Shown: positions 10,326 to 20,758 of the stretch, one piece after another | Layout: the number at the start of each line of letters is the position of its first letter | Numbering within the stretch: position 1 is the stretch's first letter | Source of the DNA: Candidatus Poribacteria bacterium | GTDB taxonomy: Bacteria > Poribacteria > WGA-4E > WGA-3G | Length of the DNA stretch: 64,000 nucleotides | NCBI GenBank assembly: GCA_028824125.1 | Contig: JAPPES010000136.1 | Span: forward strand, 7,007-71,006 | Reading direction: 5' to 3' | Notes under the pieces: model-generated | Database searches by the model: none | What the model saw: the letters and a program-made list of their open reading frames with translations, nothing else | What the model was told of the DNA's origin: nothing | Position numbers and translations under genes: made by a program

Positions 10326-12581
10326 TCATTTACTCAACTGCCCGAGAATAGGAGTCTTGAGTTGCTTTTTCGGAGTATCTAAAGCGGAATTTACTGCTGG
10401 AACTTCTGGCTGCCCATAAATTTCTACATAATTATCATAGCTGTTGATAACTTTTTTGATGTGCAGTCGCGTTTCGCGGATAGTAATCTTTTCTACAAAT
10501 TCATCAAGGTCTTTAATTTTTTTCGATTCTAACCACCGCCGCATGCGTCCTGGACCTCCATTGTAGGCACCAGTTACCAGCATTGCATTCCCATCAAAAA
10601 TTGAGTTGAGATAACCGATATATTTAGTTCCCATTCGGATGTTAATTTCAGGGTCTTTTAGCATTGATGTGCGGAATCGACGGATTTTGAGTTCTCGTGC
10701 AAGTTGTCTGCCTGTCGCGGGCATAATCTGCATCAGACCAATTGCACCTGCCCAACTAATCGCATCTTTGCGGTATCTGCTTTCCTCCAAGATCATCGCG
10801 AAAATTAGGGACGTGTCTACCTTATACTGCTTAGCATATTTCTTAACTAATTGTTCATAGTGCAGCGGATAGAGCCGCTGACGTAGTTTAGTTAAATCGG
10901 TGCTTGCTTGGTTTTCAAATGATGGACTGAGGAGTGCTTTATCTGCTACTTCACGCGCTTTGTCATACATTGACAAATTCTCATAACTTGTGATTAAGGC
11001 GTAGAAACATTCCTTTGCAGCATTTGGTGTTTTGTCAATATAACGGCTTAATTGATACACCGCGTCTTCATAGAGTCTCAGTTTCATCAATATAGGCAGA
11101 TGATCGGGACACGCTTCCAGCGGCGGTAATTTTGCATCTTGTACTGCTTTCGGTTCTAATTCGGAGGTAGTGATTCTGAGAATTGCCTTTGCTCTGGCAC
11201 TGTAGTACCAATAGCGTGCCTTTGCTACTTCGGCGTATATCTCTTGAGCAAGTTGCGGTTTTTTCTGGCGTTCTCTGATTTTCGCCATCCAAAAATGTGC
11301 TCCCATTGCATAACGGTTCCCAGGGAAGTTTTCCTTTAAACCTTCGAACGCTTTGTAACTTTCTTCGTAGCGTTTTTCGTTAAAACGTTGCCATCCGATT
11401 CTCCACCCTGCCCAATCCGCATATTCACCACCGGGGGCAACTTCAATCAACTTTGCGTAAGCCTTGAGTGCTAATTCTGACTTTTCCTGTTTTTCATGAA
11501 TACTTGCAATATCGTATAGTGCTTCGTCTACCAATTTACTCCACGGATAGGTTTTGACAAAACTTTCAAGGCGGTTTACAGCGGTTGTAAGACTTCCCTT
11601 TTTCCTATAACACCGTGCGATTTGGTAGTGTGCACGGGTTAAATAATCTGATTTTGCACCGAGAGCGATTACGCTACTGTATTTTTTAATAGCCGTATTA
11701 TACCACTTCCGCCCTTGATAACTTTGTCCGATATAGTAGAGCGCACGTCCCTTCAGCTTCATGTCTGATCTTGCCGTCAGGCGCTCAAGTTCTGTGATTG
11801 CAGATTTCCAACTTCCATGATAATAATATACTAATCCGCAATTCAAACGATCATTGACTGTCAACACAAGCGATTTATGATCCCGCGCTAACATTTTCAA
11901 TTTTCCCATAGCATCTTCTGCAACGGTGTCTGAATGCTTTTGAGCAATAAGTTTTTGGTGTATTTGAAACGCCTTTGAAAAGTTGCCTAATCCCTCTTCA
12001 CAACGTCCTAACGCATAAGTCGCCTCTCGTACATAACGCTGTTTGTCTATAATTTCAACTAAAAATGTTTTTGCTTCTTTATACTGCTTATATTTTAAGT
12101 GTAGTTGAGCAAGTGTCCATTGTGCCTCAGCGAGATAAGCGCTTGTCGGATAGTCCTGTGCAAGCCGCGTATACCATTTTATCGCCTTTACATCGTTATT
12201 CATACCTTCATATAGCTTTGCAAGACGATACGCTGCACTATCCGCGAGCGGGTAATTACGTGTGATAACCCTTACGTAATGCCGAACTGCTTGTGGACGA
12301 TTTCGTAGTTTTTCGTAGTTATAACCGAGAGCATGGTGTATTTGCAGTTTCTCTGATTCGGATAGACCGGTCTTCAACAAACTTTCTAATTTTGAAACAG
12401 CAAGTTTGCGGTTACCTTTATCTATCCATTGAAGGGCATCCTGTAATGCTGGATTGTGTTCCGCATCTGCAGAAATCACTGATCCATATATGAAGCAGCA
12501 TAAGACAAGAGCAAATAAACCTATTAGGAATTTTTGAATTTTAGCAGTGTGTGTTTTAACAAGAGACTGTACGGTTTCCAT
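10326..12581 (-). CDS. TPR-containing soluble lytic transglycosylase (Slt-like)
   Basis: N-terminal TM/signal, many TPR-like repeats, and a C-terminal SLT domain (EES.Y, GAIGLMQIMPAT, AYNGGPG, ETR). Confidence 0.92.
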   Translation of the reverse strand: METVQSLVKTHTAKIQKFLIGLFALVLCCFIYGSVISADAEHNPALQDALQWIDKGNRKLAVSKLESLLKTGLSESEKLQIHHALGYNYEKLRNRPQAVRHYVRVITRNYPLADSAAYRLAKLYEGMNNDVKAIKWYTRLAQDYPTSAYLAEAQWTLAQLHLKYKQYKEAKTFLVEIIDKQRYVREATYALGRCEEGLGNFSKAFQIHQKLIAQKHSDTVAEDAMGKLKMLARDHKSLVLTVNDRLNCGLVYYYHGSWKSAITELERLTARSDMKLKGRALYYIGQSYQGRKWYNTAIKKYSSVIALGAKSDYLTRAHYQIARCYRKKGSLTTAVNRLESFVKTYPWSKLVDEALYDIASIHEKQEKSELALKAYAKLIEVAPGGEYADWAGWRIGWQRFNEKRYEESYKAFEGLKENFPGNRYAMGAHFWMAKIRERQKKPQLAQEIYAEVAKARYWYYSARAKAILRITTSELEPKAVQDAKLPPLEACPDHLPILMKLRLYEDAVYQLSRYIDKTPNAAKECFYALITSYENLSMYDKAREVADKALLSPSFENQASTDLTKLRQRLYPLHYEQLVKKYAKQYKVDTSLIFAMILEESRYRKDAISWAGAIGLMQIMPATGRQLARELKIRRFRTSMLKDPEINIRMGTKYIGYLNSIFDGNAMLVTGAYNGGPGRMRRWLESKKIKDLDEFVEKITIRETRLHIKKVINSYDNYVEIYGQPEVPAVNSALDTPKKQLKTPILGQLSK

Positions 12582-12883
12582 TTTATAAGCGATAAGCGTT
12601 ATGTACGCTTTTTGTCCTCCTCATTTAAATCCAAATGACTTGAGTCGTAATAGCAAAATTTGGTATAGGAATAGATTTTTCATTATTATAACGTTACTTT
12701 TAAACAAATGACAACAAAAAAATGATAGTTAATGTTGATTGTTGTGGATTTAGCGGACAATTTTTTGATACATAGATTTAAAATGAAGGTCATGCACGTT
12801 ACAACAGGTAACAGATTTTGTTTGCCAGATTTGAAAAAATATGGTATACTTTCTTTAATTTTAAGACAGAGAGGAGAATTGTG

Positions 12884-13657
12884 ATGGAAATTGTAGCACT
12901 TGGGAAAACAGGTTTAGATGTTTCACGGCTCTCAATTGGGACAGGGTCGAACGGTTGGAATGGGCGTTCAAATCAAACAGATTTAGGGTTTGAAGCTTTG
13001 CGGGATTTACTTTTGTTTGCACATGAAAACGGGGTTACTTTTTGGGATTCTGCTGACCAGTATGGCAGCCATCCACATATCAAAGAGGCACTCAAACATG
13101 TGCCCCGAAACAGTGTGACTATTACGACAAAGACGGTATCCCGGACACGCGAGACTGTTGAAGCAGATGTGAAGCGGTTTCTCAAAGAGATCGGTTCTGA
13201 TTATGTAGACATCGTGTTACTGCACTGCTTAACACAAGTAGACTGGCCGAGTCGTTATCCGGATGCGATGGAAGCACTCACGCGCTGTAAAGAACAAGGG
13301 TTGATTCGCGCACACGGTGTATCTTGCCACGATTTCGGTGCGTTCCAAACATCCGCTATGACCGAATGGGTTGAGGTTGTGTTGGCACGGATAAATCATG
13401 CGGGTGTTTCCATGGACGCATCGCCTGCGGATGTTATCCGAACAATGGAACAGATGGCATTTGTTGGGAAAGGCATCTACGGCATGAAAGTCTTGGGCAT
13501 GGGGAAGTTGGCAAAAGATGCAGATGATCAGCGTGAGTCCATCGAATTTGTGATGGGATTACCCTGCGTCCACGCCATGACTATCGGCATGACTTCTCAT
13601 GCTGAAGTGGAAGCAAACGTGGCTGTTGTTAACGAATTGTCGGAGAAGGGCTTATAA
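12884..13657 (+). CDS. Aldo/keto reductase
   Basis: LGKTGLDVSRL, DSADQYG, DYVDIVLLH and GVSCH motifs; gaggag SD before ATG 12884. Confidence 0.9.
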   Translation: MEIVALGKTGLDVSRLSIGTGSNGWNGRSNQTDLGFEALRDLLLFAHENGVTFWDSADQYGSHPHIKEALKHVPRNSVTITTKTVSRTRETVEADVKRFLKEIGSDYVDIVLLHCLTQVDWPSRYPDAMEALTRCKEQGLIRAHGVSCHDFGAFQTSAMTEWVEVVLARINHAGVSMDASPADVIRTMEQMAFVGKGIYGMKVLGMGKLAKDADDQRESIEFVMGLPCVHAMTIGMTSHAEVEANVAVVNELSEKGL

Positions 13658-13749
13658 TAGATTTTTATTTCTTGTAGCGCGAAGTATCCTGCCTTACATT
13701 TCAAGGTCGGATACTCGCGCTGTTTCTTATAGATAGAGCGCAGCTAAAC

Positions 13750-13858
13750 CAGGACTTACGCATTCCCCCTTGATAAGGGGTAGGGGGTTAAAAAGGCGTA
13801 ATTTCAGTTATCTAACCCCCTTATCAAGAGGACTTTAAGAGAAATTGTGTAAGTCCTA
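13750..13858 (+). mobile_element. MITE family A, copy 1
   Basis: TIRs caggacttacgca and tgtgtaagtccta; 5-bp TSD taaac at 13745-13749 and 13859-13863. Confidence 0.85.
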
Positions 13859-13873
13859 TAAACGAGAGAATTC

Positions 13874-15319
13874 ATGAAAAAATACGAAATAGTTATCGGT
13901 TTGGAAATCCACGCAGAATTATGCACAGAGAGTAAGTTATTCTGCAACTGTGCTTATACATTCGGTGCATCTGCCAACGACTGTACATGTCCAATCTGTT
14001 TAGGGATGCCGGGAACGTTGCCAGTTATCAATCAACGCGCGTTGGAGTTCGCTGTGCGTGCAGGCTTAGCGATGAATTGTGAAATCACATCATATAGTAA
14101 GTTTGATCGTAAAAACTATTTCTACCCTGATTTGCCCAAAAACTATCAGATTTCGCAGTATGACCTGCCATTGTGTAAGAATGGTGCGGTAACGTTTGAA
14201 TTTGATGGACAATCCAAGACCGTTGCACTCCGTAGAATTCATCTGGAAGAAGATGCAGGAAAATCTATTCATGCCGAAGTTACAGGCGACCCTACCCGAA
14301 GTTTCATGGACTTCAATCGGGCAGGTGTGCCACTCATGGAAATTGTAAGTGAACCCGAAATTCACTCTCCTGAAGAAGCGATTGCTTACTGCCGCGCTGT
14401 CAAAGAGATTTTAGAATACATTGAGGTGAGTGATTGCAACATGGAAGAGGGCAGCCTGCGTTGTGAACCGAATATATCGTTGCGTCCACGAGGCAGTCAA
14501 GAATTAGGAACGCGTACAGAAATTAAAAACAAAAACTCATTTCAAGAGCTGCTTGATGCAATGGAGTATGAAGTTAAACGACAGGCGCGTATCCTTGATT
14601 CTGGTGGTGAGGTTGTTCAAGAAACCTTGTTGTTTGATGCAAACACAGGAAAAACGGTGGCGATGCGTGGCAAAGAAGAGGCGGACGACTATCGCTATTT
14701 TCCTGAACCCGATCTGGTTCACGTTCAGATAAATGATGAATGGGTTGACGAAATTCAACCGACACTTCCCGAACTCCCCGCTGCCTGCCGCAGAAGGTTT
14801 ATTGCAGACTATGACATCTCCCCTGAAAATGCCGAATTCCTCGCCACTACGCGACAACTTGCGGATTTCTTTGATGAAGCAGCGCAACTCAGCGGTGAAC
14901 CGACGATCTGTGCAAACTGGATTATGGGAGACCTTACTCGCCTGTTGAACACTGCGGAAATTGAGATACAAGATACCAAAGTTACACCTGCACATCTCAG
15001 TGAACTCATTCAGTTGATTGGCAATAATACTATCAGCGGTAAGATTGCCAAATCTGTGTTAGATGATGCTTTTGAAACAGGTAAAATGCCGAAACAGATT
15101 GTTGAAGAAAAGGGGTTGTCCCAAATCACCGACACCTCCGAGATTGAGGCAATTGTGCTACAGGTGGTTGAGGAAAATCCCGGTCCTGCACAAGATTATC
15201 GTGACGGCACGAAGAAAGCCATTGGTTTTCTTGTCGGTCAAGTGATGAAGGCAACCCGTGGAAAGGCAAATCCACAGCTCGTAAATCAGATTTTGACGCG
15301 GGTTTTGTCAGAAAATTAG
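13874..15319 (+). CDS. gatB: Asp/Glu-tRNA amidotransferase subunit B
   Basis: [45 protein letters not shown] and [13 protein letters not shown]. Confidence 0.98.
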   Translation: MKKYEIVIGLEIHAELCTESKLFCNCAYTFGASANDCTCPICLGMPGTLPVINQRALEFAVRAGLAMNCEITSYSKFDRKNYFYPDLPKNYQISQYDLPLCKNGAVTFEFDGQSKTVALRRIHLEEDAGKSIHAEVTGDPTRSFMDFNRAGVPLMEIVSEPEIHSPEEAIAYCRAVKEILEYIEVSDCNMEEGSLRCEPNISLRPRGSQELGTRTEIKNKNSFQELLDAMEYEVKRQARILDSGGEVVQETLLFDANTGKTVAMRGKEEADDYRYFPEPDLVHVQINDEWVDEIQPTLPELPAACRRRFIADYDISPENAEFLATTRQLADFFDEAAQLSGEPTICANWIMGDLTRLLNTAEIEIQDTKVTPAHLSELIQLIGNNTISGKIAKSVLDDAFETGKMPKQIVEEKGLSQITDTSEIEAIVLQVVEENPGPAQDYRDGTKKAIGFLVGQVMKATRGKANPQLVNQILTRVLSEN

Positions 15320-15336
15320 GGTATCCAAACCGAGAT

Positions 15337-16131
15337 ATGAAACAAGGTGAATGTATGAAAAAATTGCCCCCCACAGATGAAAATATGAGTCTTTTCTCTG
15401 ACACAACGGATGGGACTACAAACAGTGTATTCTCCACTGAGCGGATCGTACAAGCCCCGCCTATAGATTTACCCGATTTTCTGATACCGAATACAAGGTT
15501 AAAGATGGATGGACTGAAGTTTTTATCGCATCTTCCAATGGAATCTGTCCCTGTAGCGTTTCTTGACCCACAGTATAGAGGCGTGCTTGACAAAATGAAT
15601 TACGGTAATGAGGGAAAAAGTAGAGAGAAACGTAGATGTTCATTGAGGCAAATGTCTGAAGAATTGATTAGCGAATTCATTCGAGGTATTGACAATGTGC
15701 TGATTCCCTCTGGGCATCTCTTTCTATGGATGGATAAGTTTCACCTTTGCCAAGGGTTCAAAACATGGTTTGATGACACACAGTTAGACATCGTTGACTT
15801 GATCGTTTGGAATAAAGACAGGTTTGGCATGGGGTACCGCTCCAGACGCGTGAGCGAATTTTGTGTTGTGCTACAGAAGCATCCCAGGAAGGCTAAAGGC
15901 GTTTGGAAAGTCCACAACATTCGCGATGTCTGGCTCGAACGAACAAAAACAAAGGAACATCCTCATCAAAAACCTGTCGGTCTACAGGCTGAACTTATTG
16001 CTGCTGTTAGTAACGAAGGCGATTATGTCCTTGATCCTGCCGCAGGTTCCTTTTCTGTCATGGAAGCAGCGCTCTCAAAGGGACGAAATTTTATTGGATG
16101 TGATCTGATAGAACATAATGGTAAAAATTAG
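15337..16131 (+). CDS. Amino (N4/N6) DNA methyltransferase, beta class
   Basis: Catalytic DPQY precedes HPHQKP and the SAM-binding VLDPAAGS motif. Start may be ATG 15355. Confidence 0.85.
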   Translation: MKQGECMKKLPPTDENMSLFSDTTDGTTNSVFSTERIVQAPPIDLPDFLIPNTRLKMDGLKFLSHLPMESVPVAFLDPQYRGVLDKMNYGNEGKSREKRRCSLRQMSEELISEFIRGIDNVLIPSGHLFLWMDKFHLCQGFKTWFDDTQLDIVDLIVWNKDRFGMGYRSRRVSEFCVVLQKHPRKAKGVWKVHNIRDVWLERTKTKEHPHQKPVGLQAELIAAVSNEGDYVLDPAAGSFSVMEAALSKGRNFIGCDLIEHNGKN

Positions 16132-16167
16132 ATGTAGAATCTCAAAGCAACCTTTTGGTGAATACGC

Positions 16168-17421
16168 TTGCAAATAGATGATCTGAAATACAAAGATGAA
16201 TCATGGGACTTCCGAACAGCAGACACAAAGGAGTATACCCACTGCTTCCACACCTATCCAGCAATGATGATTCCGCAGATCGCAAGGAGGCTGCTAAATC
16301 AGTATGGTGTGGAAGGCGAATGGCTCCTTGATCCGTATTGTGGTACCGGCACATCACTCGTTGAGGCATCTCTATTCGGCATGCATAGCGTGGGGTGCGA
16401 CATCAATCCGCTTGTGCGTCTCATAGCAACAGCCAAATTAACACCTGTCCCTTTGAACACATTTGATAGTGAATTGAATAAGTTAGATGATGTTCTTTTT
16501 CAAGTTGAATTCGGAGTGGGAAAAGTACCTGAAGCACCGATTCCGAAAATTCCGAATTTGGGTTACTGGTTTTCTCAAGAAATTATCATAAGTATCGCTT
16601 ACCTATTAGACTGTATTAACAAGATAGAGGATCAAGCAATTCGGAATTTCATAACTGTCGCATTTTCAGAGACGGTGCGCGAGGTATCCTATACCCGTAC
16701 GAGTACATTTAAACTGCATCGAATACCAGCAGAAAAACTTGAAAACTTTAATCCTGATGTTTTTGGGACCTTTCGCAAAAAACTGAATAGAAATAGACAG
16801 GGTTTGGAAGCATATCTTGAAAAACGTAAAAATGTGGAATCATCAATTTGTGATGTCAATACTGTTGATGGAGAATTGCCAATACCACGCCCGCTTGGAG
16901 GCTATAATTTGGTGATTACCTCTCCACCTTATGGCGATTCGCATACCACAGTGGCGTATGGGCAATTTTCTCGATTATCTGCAGAATGGCTCGGTTTGCC
17001 AAATGCACGAAAAGTTGACAGACTTGCAATGGGTGGACATCGTTCAAGTGAAACATTAGCGGATTCCCCTGTCTCGTTTGCTATTGAGAAAATTCGCTCA
17101 ATTGATGAAAAACGTGCGCGTGAGGTTTCCGCTTTTTATATTGATTTAGAACAGAGTATCAATTCAGTGGTCCAGACGCTTTCGCCACATTCCACAGTTT
17201 GCTATGTTGTCGGAAACCGTCGGGTTAAAGATGTTATGTTGCCAACAGACGAATTTGTAGTTTTTGCATTCGGAAAACACGGATTTTCACATAAGGAAAC
17301 TATCGTTAGGAACATTCCCAATAAACGGATGCCTATTAAGAATAGTCCTTCTAATGTTGCAGGGCAAACCTCAACAACGATGCATGAAGAAAATATAGTT
17401 GTTTGTCAGAGAACTGCTTAG
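16168..17421 (+). CDS. N4-cytosine DNA methyltransferase, alpha class
   Basis: TH.FH.YPA.MIPQIA, LDPYCGTGT (motif I), then TSPPY (motif IV); TTG start. Confidence 0.85.
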   Translation: MQIDDLKYKDESWDFRTADTKEYTHCFHTYPAMMIPQIARRLLNQYGVEGEWLLDPYCGTGTSLVEASLFGMHSVGCDINPLVRLIATAKLTPVPLNTFDSELNKLDDVLFQVEFGVGKVPEAPIPKIPNLGYWFSQEIIISIAYLLDCINKIEDQAIRNFITVAFSETVREVSYTRTSTFKLHRIPAEKLENFNPDVFGTFRKKLNRNRQGLEAYLEKRKNVESSICDVNTVDGELPIPRPLGGYNLVITSPPYGDSHTTVAYGQFSRLSAEWLGLPNARKVDRLAMGGHRSSETLADSPVSFAIEKIRSIDEKRAREVSAFYIDLEQSINSVVQTLSPHSTVCYVVGNRRVKDVMLPTDEFVVFAFGKHGFSHKETIVRNIPNKRMPIKNSPSNVAGQTSTTMHEENIVVCQRTA

Positions 17422-17551
17422 ATATGTCCGTAGGTCAAATTATTCTCTCTTATGTAACTCAAGTTTCGCAAGATTTCGTCCCAATTTAGTTTGCGCACTT
17501 GCAGACACAATCTGACAGATTGTGCTACAAGGTGGCAACTTAGGTTAAAAT

Positions 17552-18733
17552 ATGAAAATATCTGAAATACAAACCGCTTTAGCAACATTAGACCTTGATG
17601 CCTGGCTCCTATATGATTTTCGCGGCATCAACCCAATTTCACAGAACGTAGCAGGTTTGACAGGTGCAAACATTACCCGGCGTTGGTTCTGCCTTATTCC
17701 TGTGCGAGGAAAACCCAAATGGCTAATTCATCGGATAGAAACATCAAATTTCACCGATGTGCCGGGAACTATCTCGCTTTACGCAGGATGGCAGGAACTC
17801 AACGAAGAGATGAACGCCTTGCTCGATGGTGTCAAATCGGTTGCAATGGAGTATTCGCCTAACGCCTCAATTCCGTATATTTCACGCGTAGACGCTGGAA
17901 CGTTGGAATGGATTCGTGCTTATGGAATTGAGGTGCATTCTTCAGCGGAACTCGCTCAATATATTGAGGCACGTTTAAGCAAAGCACAGTACGAGGGACA
18001 TCAAAAATCTGCCAATTTAGTCCTGCAAGCAAAAGACTATGCCTTTGCTTGGATCAGTGAACAACTTAAAGCAGTGAATACAATCACTGAATACGACGTT
18101 CAACAGCAGATTCTCAACCAATTTGAGGAAATGGAATTGGTAGCCGATCATCCACCTATCGTCGCTGTTAACGCCAACAGTGGCGACCCACATTACGCAC
18201 CCACCGAAACTCGCACACAGCAGATTAAACCAGGAGACTTTATCTTAATAGATTTATGGGCAAAGCAGAAAGACCGAGATGCTATTTTCGCAGATACAAC
18301 GTGGGTAGCTTACGCGGGGAAAACAGTTCCCGACAAGTATGTTGAAATATTTGAAATCGTGAGGGAAGCACGGGATAGAGCAGTGGCGTTCATCCGTGAA
18401 AAATGGGCAGCAAACGAGCCAATTCCGGGGTACGCTGTAGATGATTGTGTCCGCGGGTATATCACCGAAAAAGGATATGGACAATATTTTATCCACCGTA
18501 CCGGACACAACATCGGCACTGTTATACACGGCAACGGTGTAAATTTGGACAACCTGGAAACACAAGATGCACGGTTACTTATTTCCGGTATCTGTTTCTC
18601 AATAGAACCGGGGATTTATCTTACCGATTTCGGCGTTCGGACTGAAATTGACGTCTATTTAGCCGGAGAAGGGAGAGATGGCGTAATATTGACAACCGCG
18701 CCCGTTCAAAATCAGGTATTGCCTCTGCTGTAA
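17552..18733 (+). CDS. M24 (Xaa-Pro) metallopeptidase
   Basis: DPHY, ILIDLWA, ADTTW, FIHRTGH.IG, FSIEPGIY and GVRTE metal-ligand motifs. Confidence 0.92.
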   Translation: MKISEIQTALATLDLDAWLLYDFRGINPISQNVAGLTGANITRRWFCLIPVRGKPKWLIHRIETSNFTDVPGTISLYAGWQELNEEMNALLDGVKSVAMEYSPNASIPYISRVDAGTLEWIRAYGIEVHSSAELAQYIEARLSKAQYEGHQKSANLVLQAKDYAFAWISEQLKAVNTITEYDVQQQILNQFEEMELVADHPPIVAVNANSGDPHYAPTETRTQQIKPGDFILIDLWAKQKDRDAIFADTTWVAYAGKTVPDKYVEIFEIVREARDRAVAFIREKWAANEPIPGYAVDDCVRGYITEKGYGQYFIHRTGHNIGTVIHGNGVNLDNLETQDARLLISGICFSIEPGIYLTDFGVRTEIDVYLAGEGRDGVILTTAPVQNQVLPLL

Positions 18734-19472
18734 CCTTATAATTTCGCTTTTTCAAATCTTTTAAAATGTGTGCAAAGTATATCCGGGTGTTAAGGATCCA
18801 CTGTTCCGCATACGCCGTGGCAAGAAGTGGCAACGCAATTGTTAAACGCTGGGTATTCAGAAGCCACTGTTCCGCATACGCCGCGAAGTCTGTTTCAACG
18901 AGCCCCGTACAACCGAGCGTATAGATTACATAACGTTTGTCATCACGTTGTGCTTCCCGAACCTCAAGTGGTGTTTTAAGAGACATCCGTCTGTTACTGT
19001 CAATTTCGAACACGCAGAAAAAGTAATCTTCGTTGTGTGCAAGATAACCGATTTCCACTTCAAGTCGATGCGGTGTCTCAGTTGGGATCGGAATTGCCGC
19101 CAAATCGCGCTTGACTAAAACTGGGTACAGCGCAGCGAAAAATATCTGTTCTAATCCGAGCGGCTGTTCTACATGGTTGAGGATTTCCAACAGGATTTGT
19201 TCATCTTGCGGTTGACGCAGTTCAAGACAACTTTTTGAAAAGACTTCATCACGTAAGGTATGCATCTCCGGGGCAGCATTTTCAGCCAGCGGTTTCAGTT
19301 CCCGGACTAATTTAAGGATACGCCGACGTTTCGGCAAAACGCGCCACAATCCCCAACGGACAACTGCTTGCCATGTCTCCTTTTCAATCAATAGGGACGA
19401 AAATGCTTTCACGGCAGTAAAAACCCGTTTGAAGATACTTTCAGATGCAAGCCCTCTTTGTTGGTTCGCCAT
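18621..19472 (-). CDS. Hypothetical protein
   Basis: 283-aa ORF divergent from tRNA-Leu, with an internal repeat AYAEQW(L/I)LNT x2. The 3' end overlaps the M24 gene by 113 bp. Confidence 0.55.
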   Translation of the reverse strand: MANQQRGLASESIFKRVFTAVKAFSSLLIEKETWQAVVRWGLWRVLPKRRRILKLVRELKPLAENAAPEMHTLRDEVFSKSCLELRQPQDEQILLEILNHVEQPLGLEQIFFAALYPVLVKRDLAAIPIPTETPHRLEVEIGYLAHNEDYFFCVFEIDSNRRMSLKTPLEVREAQRDDKRYVIYTLGCTGLVETDFAAYAEQWLLNTQRLTIALPLLATAYAEQWILNTRIYFAHILKDLKKRNYKVTAEAIPDFERARLSILRHLSLLRLNRRQFQSERRNR

Positions 19473-19478
19473 AATTTT

Positions 19479-19507
19479 TTGACTTTTCTCCTGAAATATG
19501 GTATATT
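19479..19507 (+). promoter_or_regulatory. Putative sigma70 promoter of tRNA-Leu
   Basis: TTGACT-17 nt-TATATT with a TG extension, about 25 nt upstream of the tRNA. Confidence 0.55.
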
Positions 19508-19532
19508 TTAATTGTTTTTGTTTATAATAACT

Positions 19533-19617
19533 GCCGGAGTGGTGAAATTGGTAGACGCACTGGACTCAAAATCCAGCGGGCCCTAGGTCCATGTCGGTTC
19601 GAGTCCGACCTCCGGCA
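19533..19617 (+). tRNA. tRNA-Leu(CAA)
   Basis: Acceptor stem gccggag/ctccggc, D-loop ttggta, anticodon arm ctgga-ctCAAaa-tccag, long variable arm and ggttcga T-loop; CCA not encoded. Confidence 0.97.
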
Positions 19618-19619
19618 TA

Positions 19620-19655
19620 AGGCGATGGTTTTGAAAAGCCATCGCCTCTCCTTTT
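19620..19655. terminator. Hairpin terminator between tRNA-Leu and the convergent gene
   Basis: aggcgatggtttt-g-aaaagccatcgcct inverted repeat followed by a pyrimidine run. Confidence 0.7.
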
Positions 19656-19660
19656 AGTCC

Positions 19661-20452
19661 CTACATCGCAACAATTTTGCGCATCCGTTGCGCAAGATCA
19701 ATTTGTGCTTCCCTATCTCCACCAACTTCGTGAACCACGTAACCATCGTAACCGACAGCGCGGAACGCTTCCATAACTGCTGCCCAATCTGTGTCACCAT
19801 CCAATAGGTTTACAAATCGGTGTTGACCACGCGAGAAATCTTTGAAATGCACCCGCTTGATACGATGTCCGAGCTCGCGGATCCAGTGTTCAGGATAGCC
19901 ATACGCCATCATGTTTGCCGTATCAAGATAAGTTCCAACCCAATCATTACCGACTTCATCTACAATCTCGCGCATCTCCTTCGGGCTGAGCAAGAATTTG
20001 TTCCATACATTTTCCAGACCGATGGCAACTTTGTGTGTTTCAGCAGAAGGCGCAAGGTCTTTTAGAATGCCGACAAGGTTATCCCACACCTGTTGGTATG
20101 TACCTTCAACGGAAAGTTGTCCTGGGTGTAGCAAGATTCCACCGACCCCAAGTGCGCCTGCAACTTCTAACCCACGCGCAAGCGATTTTGCACCGTTTTT
20201 ACGCTGCTCTGCATCAGGGCTAAGCAGATTGCCGCGATTTGCATATCCCGCTGTTATGCTCGCGATCTCAATACCAGCAGCTTCACACTTTGCAGCAATA
20301 CCTTTGAGTTCAGCATCGCTCATGTTTATGTCTGTGTCTTTCCCTTCACCAAAAGTAAGTTCAACTGCATCGTAGCCAGCATCTTGGCAGAGCGAGAGGG
20401 TATCATCAAGTGACATATTGCCGAGAATTATTTGGGTAACGCCTATCTTCAT
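19661..20452 (-). CDS. Sugar phosphate isomerase/epimerase (xylose isomerase-like TIM barrel)
   Basis: AGYDAVEL, GLENVWNKFLLSP, YLDTAN and VHFKDF motifs. Confidence 0.92.
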   Translation of the reverse strand: MKIGVTQIILGNMSLDDTLSLCQDAGYDAVELTFGEGKDTDINMSDAELKGIAAKCEAAGIEIASITAGYANRGNLLSPDAEQRKNGAKSLARGLEVAGALGVGGILLHPGQLSVEGTYQQVWDNLVGILKDLAPSAETHKVAIGLENVWNKFLLSPKEMREIVDEVGNDWVGTYLDTANMMAYGYPEHWIRELGHRIKRVHFKDFSRGQHRFVNLLDGDTDWAAVMEAFRAVGYDGYVVHEVGGDREAQIDLAQRMRKIVAM

Positions 20453-20703
20453 TTTTTAGTATCCTTCTCCTTTTCGATATGGAACTGTATAGGTGTCAAT
20501 GCTTGTATGCATAAGTAACGCATTTCAAGACATTGTGGACACCGAAGTTGGATATAATATGCATCGTTAAACACAGCATCAATCCAGTCTGTTAGTTTAT
20601 CCTGAGTTTTTCCTAAAAACTGTTCAAGCACTTCATATTCACGATTACAATCCGGACAGATTTGTAAGTCACGTCCGATCTCAATACTGTCTAACCATCC
20701 CAT
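20449..20703 (-). CDS. Small zinc-ribbon-like protein
   Basis: MGWLDS...CPDC...CPQC; stop overlaps the start of the epimerase gene. ATG 20703 is preferred because the longer start lies in a repeat. Confidence 0.6.
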   Translation of the reverse strand: MGWLDSIEIGRDLQICPDCNREYEVLEQFLGKTQDKLTDWIDAVFNDAYYIQLRCPQCLEMRYLCIQALTPIQFHIEKEKDTKK

Positions 20704-20758
20704 GATTATCACACAATTGTAGCACAAACTGTTAGTTTGTGCATCTGTGGAACGCAAA

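Noticed and set aside
19533-19617. tRNA-Leu as an integration site of an island
   Set aside because: No integrase and no duplicated tRNA 3' end were noticed in the window.
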